A stretch of DNA of 64,000 bases from Squalus acanthias (taxonomy: Eukaryota): the NCBI GenBank assembly GCA_030390025.1, contig CM059432.1, positions 10,230,001 through 10,294,000 on the forward strand, in the 5' to 3' direction. A program made the position numbers and the translations under genes. This document shows, one piece after another, positions 46,683-57,405 of this stretch (positions within the stretch are counted from its first letter, which is position 1; each line of letters begins with the position of its first letter). The notes beneath the pieces were generated by a model. It did no database searches. It had not been told where the DNA came from and was given only the letters and a program-made list of their open reading frames with translations.

Positions 46683-46944
46683 GTCCCTGATTTTAACTTC
46701 AGGCGGATTCCCCGCTCAGGCCAGAGTTAAAATTAGAGGCGGGTCTCATTGATGTCACCGGGCCGCAACATGCATATGTAAAGAAGGACCCCGTTGGCTC
46801 CGGGCATGAGTCTGCTCAGGAGAGCAGGTTAAAATTGAAGATGTTGGAATCATGCCGGCTTTCGGGCAGGTAAGAGCCAGGGCGATTTTAACTGCACACC
46901 CGCCAGGTTTCTGCTGAGCGAGTAGGGTTAAAATCGCGCCCCCC
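46683..46944. mobile_element. 250-bp MITE, copy 2
   Basis: Ends GTCCCTGATTTTAAC / GTTAAAATCGCGCCCC; inverted homolog of 42578-42827. Confidence 0.75.
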
Positions 46945-46959
46945 TCCGGTTCTGATTCA

Positions 46960-48708
46960 GAGGCTGGGATATTACTAACCTCGGCGGGTCCATGGCGGGT
47001 GACGTCGGTGGTGGGTCCCGACCCTGCTGCTGGCTCCAGCCAGCTCTGTGAAATGAATTTCCCTTGATTGGGCTTGTTAAGCCCGCCCAGCGCGTTTCCC
47101 AGCCAATTAGAGGAAGTGGGTCTGGTGACGTCATTTGATGACGCGTCATCAGCCGGTTTCCTTAAAGGGGCCATGTCCAAATTTATTGTGACATTTATGC
47201 TGTCAGTATTTTCCAGCATTGAGGTGCGGCAAACACTGACAAGCACCGCACAGAGGCACAGGGCTGCACCCAGGCTCTCCCATGACACCCCCCATATGCT
47301 TATGGAGGGAGTCACAGCACACAGGAAGGTACTCTTCCCTTCCAATGGGCAGAAGACAGGAGATCAACAAAGCCTGGTTGCACATTGCACAGGAGGGCAC
47401 AAGCAGGGATGTCGTCAGGAGGACCAGGCTGCAGTGCCGCAAACGTTTCAATGATCTCAGTAGACCTTGAAACGTTAGTACAAAGCCACAATTAACCTCA
47501 TCCTGCTGTGCCTCTCAACATATCCCCATCACTCTCCCTTCCCTACCCTATTCCTGCACATCCTTACTCACACCAACTTACCTTGCACCTTCACCCATCC
47601 CTCTCTATCTATATTATCACAACCCCATCTCACTAGCCACTGCTCACAGTCATCCTCATCCTAGTCCAATCATACCAACTAACAACACACAGGGTAGGCA
47701 CTTGGGTGTTTTATGCAATGTTCATGTAAAGTTTCTGTTAATGTGATGTCAAACATTGAAACCTTTATTTTCAACACTTTGCTTTCTTGGACAGATTTGT
47801 GTGCAAATTTGGAAGTGGCTTAGTGAGTTGCAGTGAATGGTGAGACATAACGGGTACCCCCCGCAATGGTGATGAGTGTGAAAGGAATGGCTTGTGCATT
47901 GTAGGGATGCTTTATGGTGCTGGTGTGGGGATGGTGCCAACCTGGCACATCATGTGGCAGCCAGGGTGTGCAGCGTCAAGTGAAGTAAATCTGGCCATGG
48001 TGAGGCCATCCCGGGCAGCAGTGTAGTCGGGTGCTGATGCCCTCTGTCCTGTGCAACATCAGTTGATTGCGATGAAGGTTGGTGATGTTGTTGTTTGTGC
48101 TGCTGGTGTGCCTGGTGCTGCTGGTGTTGGGGCTGATTGTGGTGGGATTCTGAGACCAAGGTGAGAGAGTATAAACCGTACCCATGCTGATGAAATAGAT
48201 GGCAGGTGAAGGTGAGATGACAGAAGCAAATCTGTCAATGCTGGGAGAGGTTGTTCCAATGAGGTGGCACTAGATAGAGAGTTGGCTCCAAACACTTGCA
48301 AGCTGCATAAAGCTCAATCTGTCTTCCAAATGCAGTAAGCAACAGCTTCTGAGCTTGGAAAGTGAACAGCTGTGAGGTGGGAGCTTTTATACAACTTTTG
48401 CAGCTGTCAGGTCATGAGATAATTCAATGCTGAATCCACTCACGACATACTGAGCTGACATGATCCCCGAGCAGCGTGTAACCCATTGGGGAACACGTAA
48501 AATTGAAAGGTCAGCTTAAAATACTATTTAAGTGCCTCTTAATAATCTCTCTAATTGGCCGCTTGGTGTCGGGTCTGTTCAGCGATGACAGACCCGACAT
48601 CTGGGAGACTAGTGCGGAGGCAGCTTAACAGCAGGTTCCCTACCCCGTCAAAAAAAAACATTTTCCCACCCAACCCACCACCAAGCTGGCCCCCCGAAAA
48701 ATTCCCCC
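46960..48708. mobile_element. Internally deleted PIF/Harbinger element (Myb/SANT exon on plus, transposase termini on minus)
   Basis: See the Myb/SANT feature. The minus strand has an ATG at 48185, a Q/H-rich N-terminus and an AARDGLTMARFT motif at about 47981-48030. Right end is GAAAAATTCCCCC; the left TIR is unresolved. Confidence 0.6.
47245..47473 (+). pseudogene. Myb/SANT-like (trihelix, NAIF1/MSANTD-type) DNA-binding domain exon, frameshifted
   Basis: RAAPRLSHDTPHMLMEGVTAHRKVLFPSNGQK / EINKAWLHIAQEGTSRDVVRRTRLQCRKRFNDL, followed by a GTTAGT donor-like site at 47474. Confidence 0.8.
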
Positions 48709-48711
48709 CAT

Positions 48712-48903
48712 ACGTTCTTAGGTCCAAAGTGGATGACCTCACACTTCCCTCCACTGAACTCCAGCTGCCACAGTTTTGTCCACTCACTTAATCTATCAAT
48801 GTCCCTTTGCAACTTTCTGCTCCCATCGACACTATTTGCCGTGCCAACTAACTTGGTGTCATCAGCAAACCTGGATACACGACTCTCTATTCCTTCATTT
48901 GCT
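48712..48903 (-). mobile_element. CR1 RT fragment
   Basis: VSRFADDTKLVG..LQRDIDRLSEWTKLWQLEFSGGKCEVIHFG. Confidence 0.85.
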
Positions 48904-49344
48904 GAGACCCTGCAATAGTACAAAGCCTTGCACACCAGGAGGCTTGTTGTAAAATCGCAGGTGAACTGCCTATGATTTTTCATCCATTGATTTCACGATG
49001 AGTCCACCTGCGATTTCTCAATAAGCTGCACGCAAGGAACTACCGGTGGCGGGAGGTCACTGAAAAATGTAGTCTGGATTTTCCACTTCCATTGGTGAGT
49101 CCCAGCTTCCTATCCCTCTGAGAGTGTCTTCTCTAGTCTTGCGCTTTCAGAAATGTGCCCAGAAAAACCTCAACGTTGATTATTTTTAGCTATTAGAATT
49201 ATCCTATGCCTCCCTGGGATCATTCAACCGTTTTCGATAATCACTGGAGCATCGCCACCTCAGAGCAAAGTTTAATTCATTTTACAAATGATGAAGAAGT
49301 GAAAAACTTTAAAAGGTAGCGATCTGATGCTAATCGATACAAAG

Positions 49345-49776
49345 ATAGCGCCTTTCACGACCTCAGGACATCTCAAAGTGCTTTACAGCCACTTAAGTAC
49401 TTTTTGAAGTGTAGTCACTGTTGTATTGTAGGAAATGCAGCAGCTAATTTGCGCACAGCAAGCTCCCACAAATAGCAATGTGATAATGACCAGATCATCT
49501 TTTTTAGTGATGTTGGTTGAGGAATAAATATTGGCCAGGACACCCGGGGAGAACTCCCCTGCTCTTCTTCGAAATAGTGGCCGTGGGATCTTTTATATCC
49601 ACCTGAGGGGGCAGATGGAGCCTTGGTTTAACGTCTCATCTGAAAAACTGCACCTCCATCAGTGCAGCACTGAAGCATCAGCCTGGATTATGTGCTCAGG
49701 TCCCTGGAGTGGGACTAAGAACCCACAACCTTCTGACGCAGAGGCAGGATGTGGACCCACTGAGCCACAGTTGACA
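49345..49776 (-). mobile_element. SacSINE1-type DeuSINE
   Basis: Head, Deu-domain, truncated tail. Confidence 0.85.
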
Positions 49777-49834
49777 CAATGCAGCGATTCTTTTCCGGTG
49801 TCACAAGGCGGAGAAACAATAAATGACAAGTAAA

Positions 49835-49937
49835 AGAAAAACACTGCAGAAATCTGAAATAAAAAACAGAAAATACTGGCAATGCACAGCACATCTGTCA
49901 CGAGAATAGAGAGTTTCAGGTGGAGACATTGTCAGAA
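49835..49937 (-). mobile_element. Decayed Penelope-like terminal fragment
   Basis: Minus strand TTCTGACAATGTCTCCACCTGAAAC..TTTTCTGTTTTTTATTTCAGATTTCTGCAGT resembles 31497-31620. Confidence 0.5.
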
Positions 49938-49982
49938 ATGAGAATATAAAGATGAGGGAGCCTTTTAATGAAAACGAACACA

Positions 49983-50840
49983 GAAACATAGAAGATAGAA
50001 GCAGGAGTAGGCCATTCGGCCCCTCGAGCCTGTTCCGCCATTCGATGAGATCATGGCTGATCATCCAAATTCAGTACTCTGTCCCTGCCTTCTCCCCATA
50101 TCCCTTGATACCTTTAGCCTTAAGAAATATATCTAACTCCTTTTTGAATATATTTACTGACTTGGCCTCAACTGCCTTCTGTGGTAGAGAATTCCACAGG
50201 TTCACCACTCTCTGGGTGAAGAAATGCCTCCTCATCTCAGTCCTAAATGGCTTACCCCTTATCTTTAGACTGTGACCTCTTGTTCTGGACTCCCCGACCA
50301 TCGGGAACATCCTTCCTGCATCCAGTCTGTCTAGCCCTGTTAGAATTTTATAAGTTTCAATGAGATCTCCTCTCATTCTTCTAAACTCCAGCGAGTATAA
50401 GCCCAATCGACCCAATCTCTCCTCGTACGTCATTCCTGCCATCCCAGGTATCAGTCTGGTGAATCTTCGCTGCACTCCCTCCATGGCAAGAACATCCTTC
50501 CTCAGATAAGGCGACCAAAACTGCACACAATACTCAAGGTGTGGTCTCACCAAGGCCTTGTACAACTGCAGCAAGACATCCTTGCTCCTATACTCAAACC
50601 CTCTCGCTACGAAGGCCAACATACCATTTGCCTTCTTAACCGCCTGCTGTACCTGCATGCTTACCTTCAGCGACTGGTGCACAAGGACACCCAGGTCTCG
50701 TTGCACTTCCCCTTCTCCCAATCTATTGCCGTTCAGATAATAATCTGCCTTTCTGATTTTTGCCACCAAAGTGAATAACCTCGCATTTATCCACGTTATA
50801 TTGCATCTGCCATGCTTCTGCCCAATCACCCAACCTGTCC
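49983..50840 (-). mobile_element. HER1-type CR1 LINE 3' part
   Basis: ORF 50071-50829 QRDLGVLVH..LYKALVRPHLEYCVQFWSP..WNSLPQ; HE1-shared tail. Confidence 0.92.
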
Positions 50841-51128
50841 AAAGGGAGAGGTTGGAAGAGAGGTAAGGTAGAATGCCCCAGCACTATGTTTTTGAAAAGA
50901 GATCGGGGTAGATATTGGTCATTGTTGCACCTTGTTTTCCCAGACGGAAAAGGCGGGCAGAAATGACAAATTTCGCAGGGCGCTTCGCCCTGCTCCTCAA
51001 GAACGCCTGAAAAACGTCCAATGCCTTTTCCGTCCACCTGAGAAGGTAGACGAGGCATCGGTTTCAACGTCTCATCCGAAAGGCTGCATCTTATACAAGG
51101 CAGCATTCCCTCGGTATTGCGCTCAAAT

Positions 51129-53104
51129 TAGGGTTGCCAACTGTGATTCGGCATATTCCTGGAGGTTTTATCACATGACCTCCTGCCACCAACCGCCCCG
51201 CCCCCACATTCATACCATTGGTCACCCGACAATTCCATCCTCACACCAATTGGAAAGTCTCATTACCCCGATTGGATGCCTTTTTTCTTTATCTCCAATA
51301 TTTTTTATTTAATAAATAAGTGTTCAAAGAAAATTAGAAAAAACACACATTTCTTTTAAATGTCCCTATGACTTTTCTCCTGAGCTGTTGCAGCAGTGTC
51401 CGAGAGATTAATCTTTAATTCCCGGAGACAGGACCGGAACCAATATCCTCGCATAGGGGGAGGGTTTGCTAGTGCTGTTGGGGAGGGTTTAAAGTAGCTT
51501 GGCAGGGGGATAGGAACCTGAGATTGGATTCAGAAGGGAGAGAAGCAAAGCTGGAAATGGAAGGTAGAAAATTGGTAGGCAGAGGAAACAAAGGCTAGAA
51601 AATAGACAACAGGGGAGTTTGGCAGTGTTAAATGGTATATACTTCAACGCAAGGAGTCTAGTGAATAAAGCAGATGAGCTGAGGGCACAGATAGACACGT
51701 GGGAGTATCATATTTTAGCTATTACTGAGACATGGCTGAAAGAAGGGCAGGAATGGCAGCTCAACATTCCTGGTTACAGGGTTTTCAGACGAGATAGAGA
51801 GGGGGATAAAAAAGGAGGGGGGGTCGCAATATTGATTAAAGAATCAATTACGGCTCTGAGGAGGGAGGATATCTTAGAAGGATCATCAAATGAGGCCATA
51901 TGGGTTGAACTGAAAAACAAAAAAGGGGCAATCACACTGCTGGGAATGTACTATAGACCTCTGAACAGTCAGAGGGAGATAGAAGAGCAAATAAGTAGTC
52001 AAATTTCTGAGACGTGCAAAAATAGGACAGTAATAGTAGGGGATTTCAACTTCCCTAATATTAACTGGGATAAAATTAGATTGAAAGGCAGAGAGGGAGC
52101 AGAATTCTTAACACGCATTCAGGACAACTTTTTTAACCAGTACGTAGCAAACCCAACAAGAGAGGGGGCGGATCTGGACCTAGTTTTAGGGAATGAAGCT
52201 GGGCAGGTGGAAAGGTTATCAGTGGAAGAGCATATTGGTGGTAGTGATCATAATTCAGTTAGATTTAGGGTAGTTCTGGAAAAGGACAAGGATAGACCAG
52301 GAATAAAAGTTCTCAATTAGGGAAAAGCTAATTTTACTAAGCTGAGAGGTGATTTAGCCAAAGTGGACTGGAGACAGAAACTCGAAGGTAAATCAGTGTC
52401 AGAGCAGTGAGAGGCATTCAAGGAGGAGATAGTGAGGGTTCAGAGCAAGTATGTTCCCTTAAAGAAAAAGGGTGGGACTAACAAATCTAGAGCTCCCTGG
52501 ATGTCAAGGGGCATACAGGGTAGGATGAAGAAAAAAAGGGAAGCTTATGACAGGTACCGAGAACTCAATACTGCAGAAAGCTGAGAGGAGTATAGAAAGT
52601 GCAGGGGTGAAATTAAAAAGGAAATTAGGAAAGCAAAGAGAGGGCATGAAAAAATATTGGCAAGTAAAATCCAGGAAAACCCAAAGATGTTTTATAAATA
52701 CATTAAGAGCAAAAGGATAACTAAAGTAAGAGTAGGGCCTATTAGGGACCACAAAGGTGTGTGGAAGCGGAAGACATGGGTATGGTTCTTAATGAATACT
52801 TTGCGTCTGTTTGGTCGGAGGTTTAGAGGGGATTTGAGGAGAACTTTTTTCACCCAGAGGGTGGTGGGGGTCTGGAACTCACTGCCTGAAAGGGTGGTAG
52901 AGGCAGAGACCCTCATCGCATTTAAAAAGTGCTTGGATATGCACTTGAAGTGCCGTCACCTACAGGGCTACGGACCAAGTGCTGGAAAGTGGGATTAGGG
53001 TGGATTGCTCTTTGTCGGCCGGCACAGACACGATGGGCCGAATGGCCTCCTTCTGTGCTGTAAATTTCTATGATTCTATGAATCCTGCAGGGTTGGTAAC
53101 CCTA
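51129..53104. mobile_element. hAT-type MITE (about 330 bp) containing a CR1 insertion
   Basis: TIRs TAGGGTTGCCAAC (51129) / GTTGGTAACCCTA (53092-53104), 12 of 13 matching; the flanking 8-mers GCTCAAAT and ACGGAGGT both align loosely to the same SINE position (degenerate 8-bp TSD). Confidence 0.65.
51430..53080 (+). mobile_element. CR1 LINE: ORF1 end, APE endonuclease, RT deleted, 3' end
   Basis: ORF1 end RFASAVGEGLK*; ORF 51619-52320 YFNARSL..ITETW..FRRDR..GGGV..YYRP..VGDFN..LDLVL..SDH; VLNEYFASVF joined at about 52812 to GRRFRGDLRRTFFTQRVV; ATTCTATG tail. Confidence 0.92.
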
Positions 53105-53344
53105 ACGGAGGTGTCAGCCTAGGTTATGTGCTTAAGTCTCTGGATTGGGCCTTGAACCCATGAACTATCCGACACAGAGGTGGGAGTGCTACGGACTGAC
53201 CCACAGCTGACATCGAAACATAACATAGATACATACATGGATATATATTTTGTGTGTGTGTAAAGAATGTCCAAAGTCAAGTGCTCCTTCTTTCCTTTCT
53301 GTCTTTGAAATTCTACGGTTAAATAAAATCACTCTTAATCACTG

Positions 53345-53806
53345 GTTCGGCCTCAGCTGGAGTGTTGTGAGCAGGCTGGGCCTATACCCATTGGAGTTTA
53401 GAAGAATGAGAGGTGATCTTATTGAAACATATAAGATTCTGAGGGGGCTCGACAAGGTAGATGCAGAGAGGATGTTTCCCCTCGTGGGGAAATCTAGAAC
53501 TCGGGGGCATAGTTTCAGAATAAAGGGTCACCCTTTTAGAACTGAGATGAGGAGGAATTTCTTCTCTCAGAGGGTCGTAAATCTGTGGAATTCTCTGCCC
53601 CAGAGAGCCGTGGAGGCTGGGTCATTAAATACATTTCAGGTGGAGATAGACAGATTTTTGCAAGATAAGGGAGTGAAGGGTTATGGGGAGCGGGCGGGGA
53701 AGTGGCTTTGAGCCCAAGATCAGATCAGCCATGATCTTATTGAATGGCGGAGCAGGCTTGAGGGGCCAAATGGCCGACTCCTGCTCCTATTTCTTATGTT
53801 CTTATG
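53345..53806 (+). mobile_element. CR1/HER1 LINE 3' part
   Basis: LGLYPLEFRRMRGDLIETYKI..WNSLPQ; near-identical to 57725-58170; TTCTTATG tail. Confidence 0.9.
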
Positions 53807-54290
53807 TTCTGGGTGCCCCACTTCAGGAAAGATGCAAAGGTCTTAGAAAGGGTGTGGAGGAGGTTCACCAGGATGTTACCAGGGATGGCGGGCTTCAGTT
53901 ATGAGGAGGGGTTGGAAAAGTTAGGACTGTTCTCCTCGGAACAGAGAAGGTTAAGAGGTGACCTAATGGAGGTTTTCAAGATGGCGAGGGTTTTGAGAGA
54001 GGAGAGAGAGAGAAAAACTTTCCATTCTGGCAAGTGGGTCAATAACCAAAGGTCATAGATTTAAATTCATTGTCAAAAGATCAAGAGGGGAGATGAGGGA
54101 GAAATGCTTTCACTCAGGGAGTTGTCGGGGATCTGGAACGCTCGACCCGAACAGGTGGTGGAAGCTGATTCCATCAATAATTTTAAAAGGGAGTTCGACA
54201 GGTACTGGAGGATGAGGAGCTCACAGGGTTACGGACAATAAGCGGGGGTATAACAGGCCAAATGGCCTCCTTCTATGATTCTATGATTCT
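53807..54290 (+). mobile_element. CR1 LINE 3' part
   Basis: FWVPHFRKDAKVLERVWRRFTRML..RRLRGDLMEVFK; ATTCTATG tail. Confidence 0.85.
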
Positions 54291-55917
54291 AGCCATGCCC
54301 AGTTTAATGAGAACACCCACCTCGTGTATAATTGTGGTACATTTAAAAGGGTCTCAGAAACAGTGAGTTTCCCCTCGAGTCCAGCAGGGAAGCATCAATT
54401 GTCTTTTATTTTCACAGCTTCATTGCCCGCGAGGTTCCTTAGCGTTCTGTGTGATCAGCCAACTGCACATTTCATTTTAAATTGTTGATTTTTTTTTCTT
54501 AGTTTTATATTCACGTGTCATTGCACAATTTATCAATTACAAGATTTTTCGGCCAAAAAAAAAAATCAGCGGAACCCAAAGGAATCTCAAAGAGACAGAA
54601 ACTGCCTCCTGTCTAAAAGTGCGACGAAAAAAAGATTAAATAATTCTGCCCTGGTTTTAATAAAACTAAGGGGCCGCCTGCCCTTTCTCACATCGGTTGA
54701 GACATAAACAAAAAAAGTAACCATCATTTATGCTGGAGATTGAATTCCATAGAATCGTCTGCAGATAATTTATTGATAAACCTGCAGTAAGGCGCTGCGA
54801 TCATTAATCCTCTGGGGTAAAAGTCATTAAGCATCAAAGCATCAGTTGCTGCCAGCACAGAGAGAGTGACCAAAATGCAGAAAGTGAAACTGAAGCAACA
54901 TAAATTCTAAAGGACAACAGATACCAGGTAATGATTTAGCCTAATCTCAGAGTCCAGCTGATAGTTCACTCAAATCCCACTTCAGTGATTTACGATATTG
55001 CCTCAACTCTGAGATTAGATGGTTAATTTCCAATGAATTGTAAAGTGATCGCTGTTCTCTATGCGATGGAGTAAGCGACCTTATAGCTTAGCCACAATGA
55101 CAGGCAAGAGGAGGTTGGCATCTTCCTGAACCGTACCAGTAAATGTCTGAGATTCTTCACTCGGATGCCGATGCTTTACTTAGGCAAGTTTACTTCATAC
55201 TTGCTAAAGTCTTTAACTGACAAAACTATCCATCTAATTGTGTTAGACTACAGTATTCACTTAGAATCAGCTCTTTTCCCCCCAAAGTCCAATTATCCTT
55301 CACTTCCAGTCAAATGCAGCCAGTTCATCAAAAATCATCAACTTTTTTCCAACATTTATTTTAAAAGCTGTGGTGGATTACAATGCTGTCTCTCCACTCC
55401 AAAGCTTTTTTAGCCTCAAAGGTTCTCACAGAATAATGCAATCACGGTCTAAGCACGCACCCTTGGTCAGTGGATGGCACTGTGCTGTGCATGTAAAATG
55501 CAGCAGCACAAAATTCTACACGATCAAAAGCAGATGAATATTAATAAGAATTTTAATTGTATAATGTAATTTGTTCTGAACATACTGTGATAGAATCGGA
55601 GATTCATTAATAAGACTGGTAAGAGCTCACTACTTGAAAGCCACATCTGTTTGTGGGGCCTGATTAATGCAGGCTGGAAGCTTTTACTCTCCTTATGAAG
55701 GACTGTAAAAGACTTATGAAGGCGGGGTAGGCTATTTTGGGAGAAATAAAAACTACAGGACTATTTCATGAACTAAAATAGTAAAAAAACATCTGATCCT
55801 AGTTAGATAAGACTATTGTTTCCTCGGTCGTGTCCCTGTTTGCACCGTGTTATGCCACATGTCATACTTACCTACGAATGACTGCCCACTCAAGCCCTGT
55901 TAACAAATCAAATAACT

Positions 55918-56395
55918 ATTTTTTATTTATTCATTCATGTAGGCGTTGCTGGCAAGGCCAGCAGTTATGGCCCATCCATAATTGCCCTTGAGAAGGTGGT
56001 GATGAGTCGCCTTCTTGAACCACTGCAGTCTGTGTGGCTTAGTATAGTTCTTTGTAGCGGTTTCGTACAACTGAGTGTCTTGCTGGGCCATTTCAGAGGG
56101 CAGTTAAAAGTCAACCACATTGCTGTGGGTCTGGAGTCACATATAGGCCAGACCGGGTGAGGACGGCAGATTTCCTTCCCTAAAGGACATTAGTGAACCA
56201 GGTGGGTTTTTACGACAATCCGATAGTTTCATGGTCACCATTACTGACACTAGCCTTTTATTCTGGATTTATTTAATTAACTGAATTTAGATTCCCCAGC
56301 TGCCATAGTGGGATTTGAACTCATGTCACCCGCATCATTCGTCGAGGCCTCTGGATCACTAGTCCAGTAACATAACCACTATGCTACTGTCCCCG
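55918..56395 (-). mobile_element. tRNA-headed element with LINE-A tail, copy 3
   Basis: GGGGACAGTAGCATAGTGG..GAGTTCAAATCC, shared body, junction at about 56037 to about 120 bp of LINE-A 3' end. Confidence 0.85.
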
Positions 56396-56709
56396 ATCTA
56401 TCAATATGTGCAAACAATTTCTTGACATTTTTCTTCAAATATGAAATAAAATCGAGAACAAGTTGAAACCTGGGGGCCAATGGCAAGTTATTTCCAGAAT
56501 TAGAGCGGAATAGATGGAAGTGCCAAAGAAATTTGGAGAAAGAGGGGAACAGTAACATCTATAATCTGGCCACTTCAATTAGAATCATATATCGGAAAAG
56601 CAATTCAGGCCATCTGTAAACAAAATGCGCTATCGAGGGACAAACAGTGGCAAATGAAACTCAATATCGGTAAAGGCAAAATACATTGGAAGAAAAATTG
56701 GGTGACATA

Positions 56710-57200
56710 TAACAGCAGCAACCTGCATTTCTGTAGCACCTTTAACATAGAACAAGGTTCAAAGGTGCATCACAGAAGCATAAGGAAAAAATGAATAGCG
56801 AGCCACAGAAGTGACCAAAATCTTGGTTGAAGAGGTAGGATTTAGGAAGGGTCTTAAAGGAGGAGAGCGATGGAGAGGTTGGGGGGGGGGATGGGGGGGA
56901 AGGAATTCTAAGGCCCCTGAAGACAAGACTGCTAATGGTGGGACGAAGGGAGGAGAGGAGCACAAGAGGCCAGAGTCAGAGGAATGGATCGTTTGGATGA
57001 TGTCGCCAAGGAGTTCTTACCAGTCCTATTAATGTGCTTGTAGTTTAGGAAAGGAGGGGGGGTTAAGAATAGTCCTTGGGGGACTCTGGAGGTAACTGTG
57101 CAGGGATAGGAAGAGAAGCCATTGCTGGAGATACTGTGGCTACGATCGGCTAGGTATGAGTGGGACCAAGCGATGGTAGTCTCACTGAGCTGGACAACGG
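56710..57200 (-). mobile_element. Old L2 fragments (3' end plus RT piece)
   Basis: AWSHSYLADRSHSISSNGFSS..VTSRVPQG; SSFKTLPKSYLFNQDF; decayed tail. Confidence 0.65.
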
Positions 57201-57405
57201 GACACAAAAGGCGCCAACTTTGAAAATCTTGTGAGGTAATCAAAAAACTGGATCCAAAGGTACCCAGTCAGACCAGAATCTGAAAGGAATCCCCGGAGTT
57301 GTCTCATTCCCATTTTCCCATGTGGATAATAAGAAAAATGAAACAGCGGGCAAAATTGCAGCTCTGATCACAATAATTACCACCGCATCGTAGTCATATC
57401 ATTAA

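Larger units (their letters stand above)
50985..53212 (-). mobile_element. DeuSINE split by a hAT-type MITE
   Basis: Deu-domain piece at 50985-51128 and head piece at 53105-53212 are collinear. Confidence 0.7.

Noticed and set aside
47245..47473. Domesticated host gene (NAIF1/MSANTD)
   Set aside because: Frameshifted, no clear start codon, embedded in transposon-like sequence.
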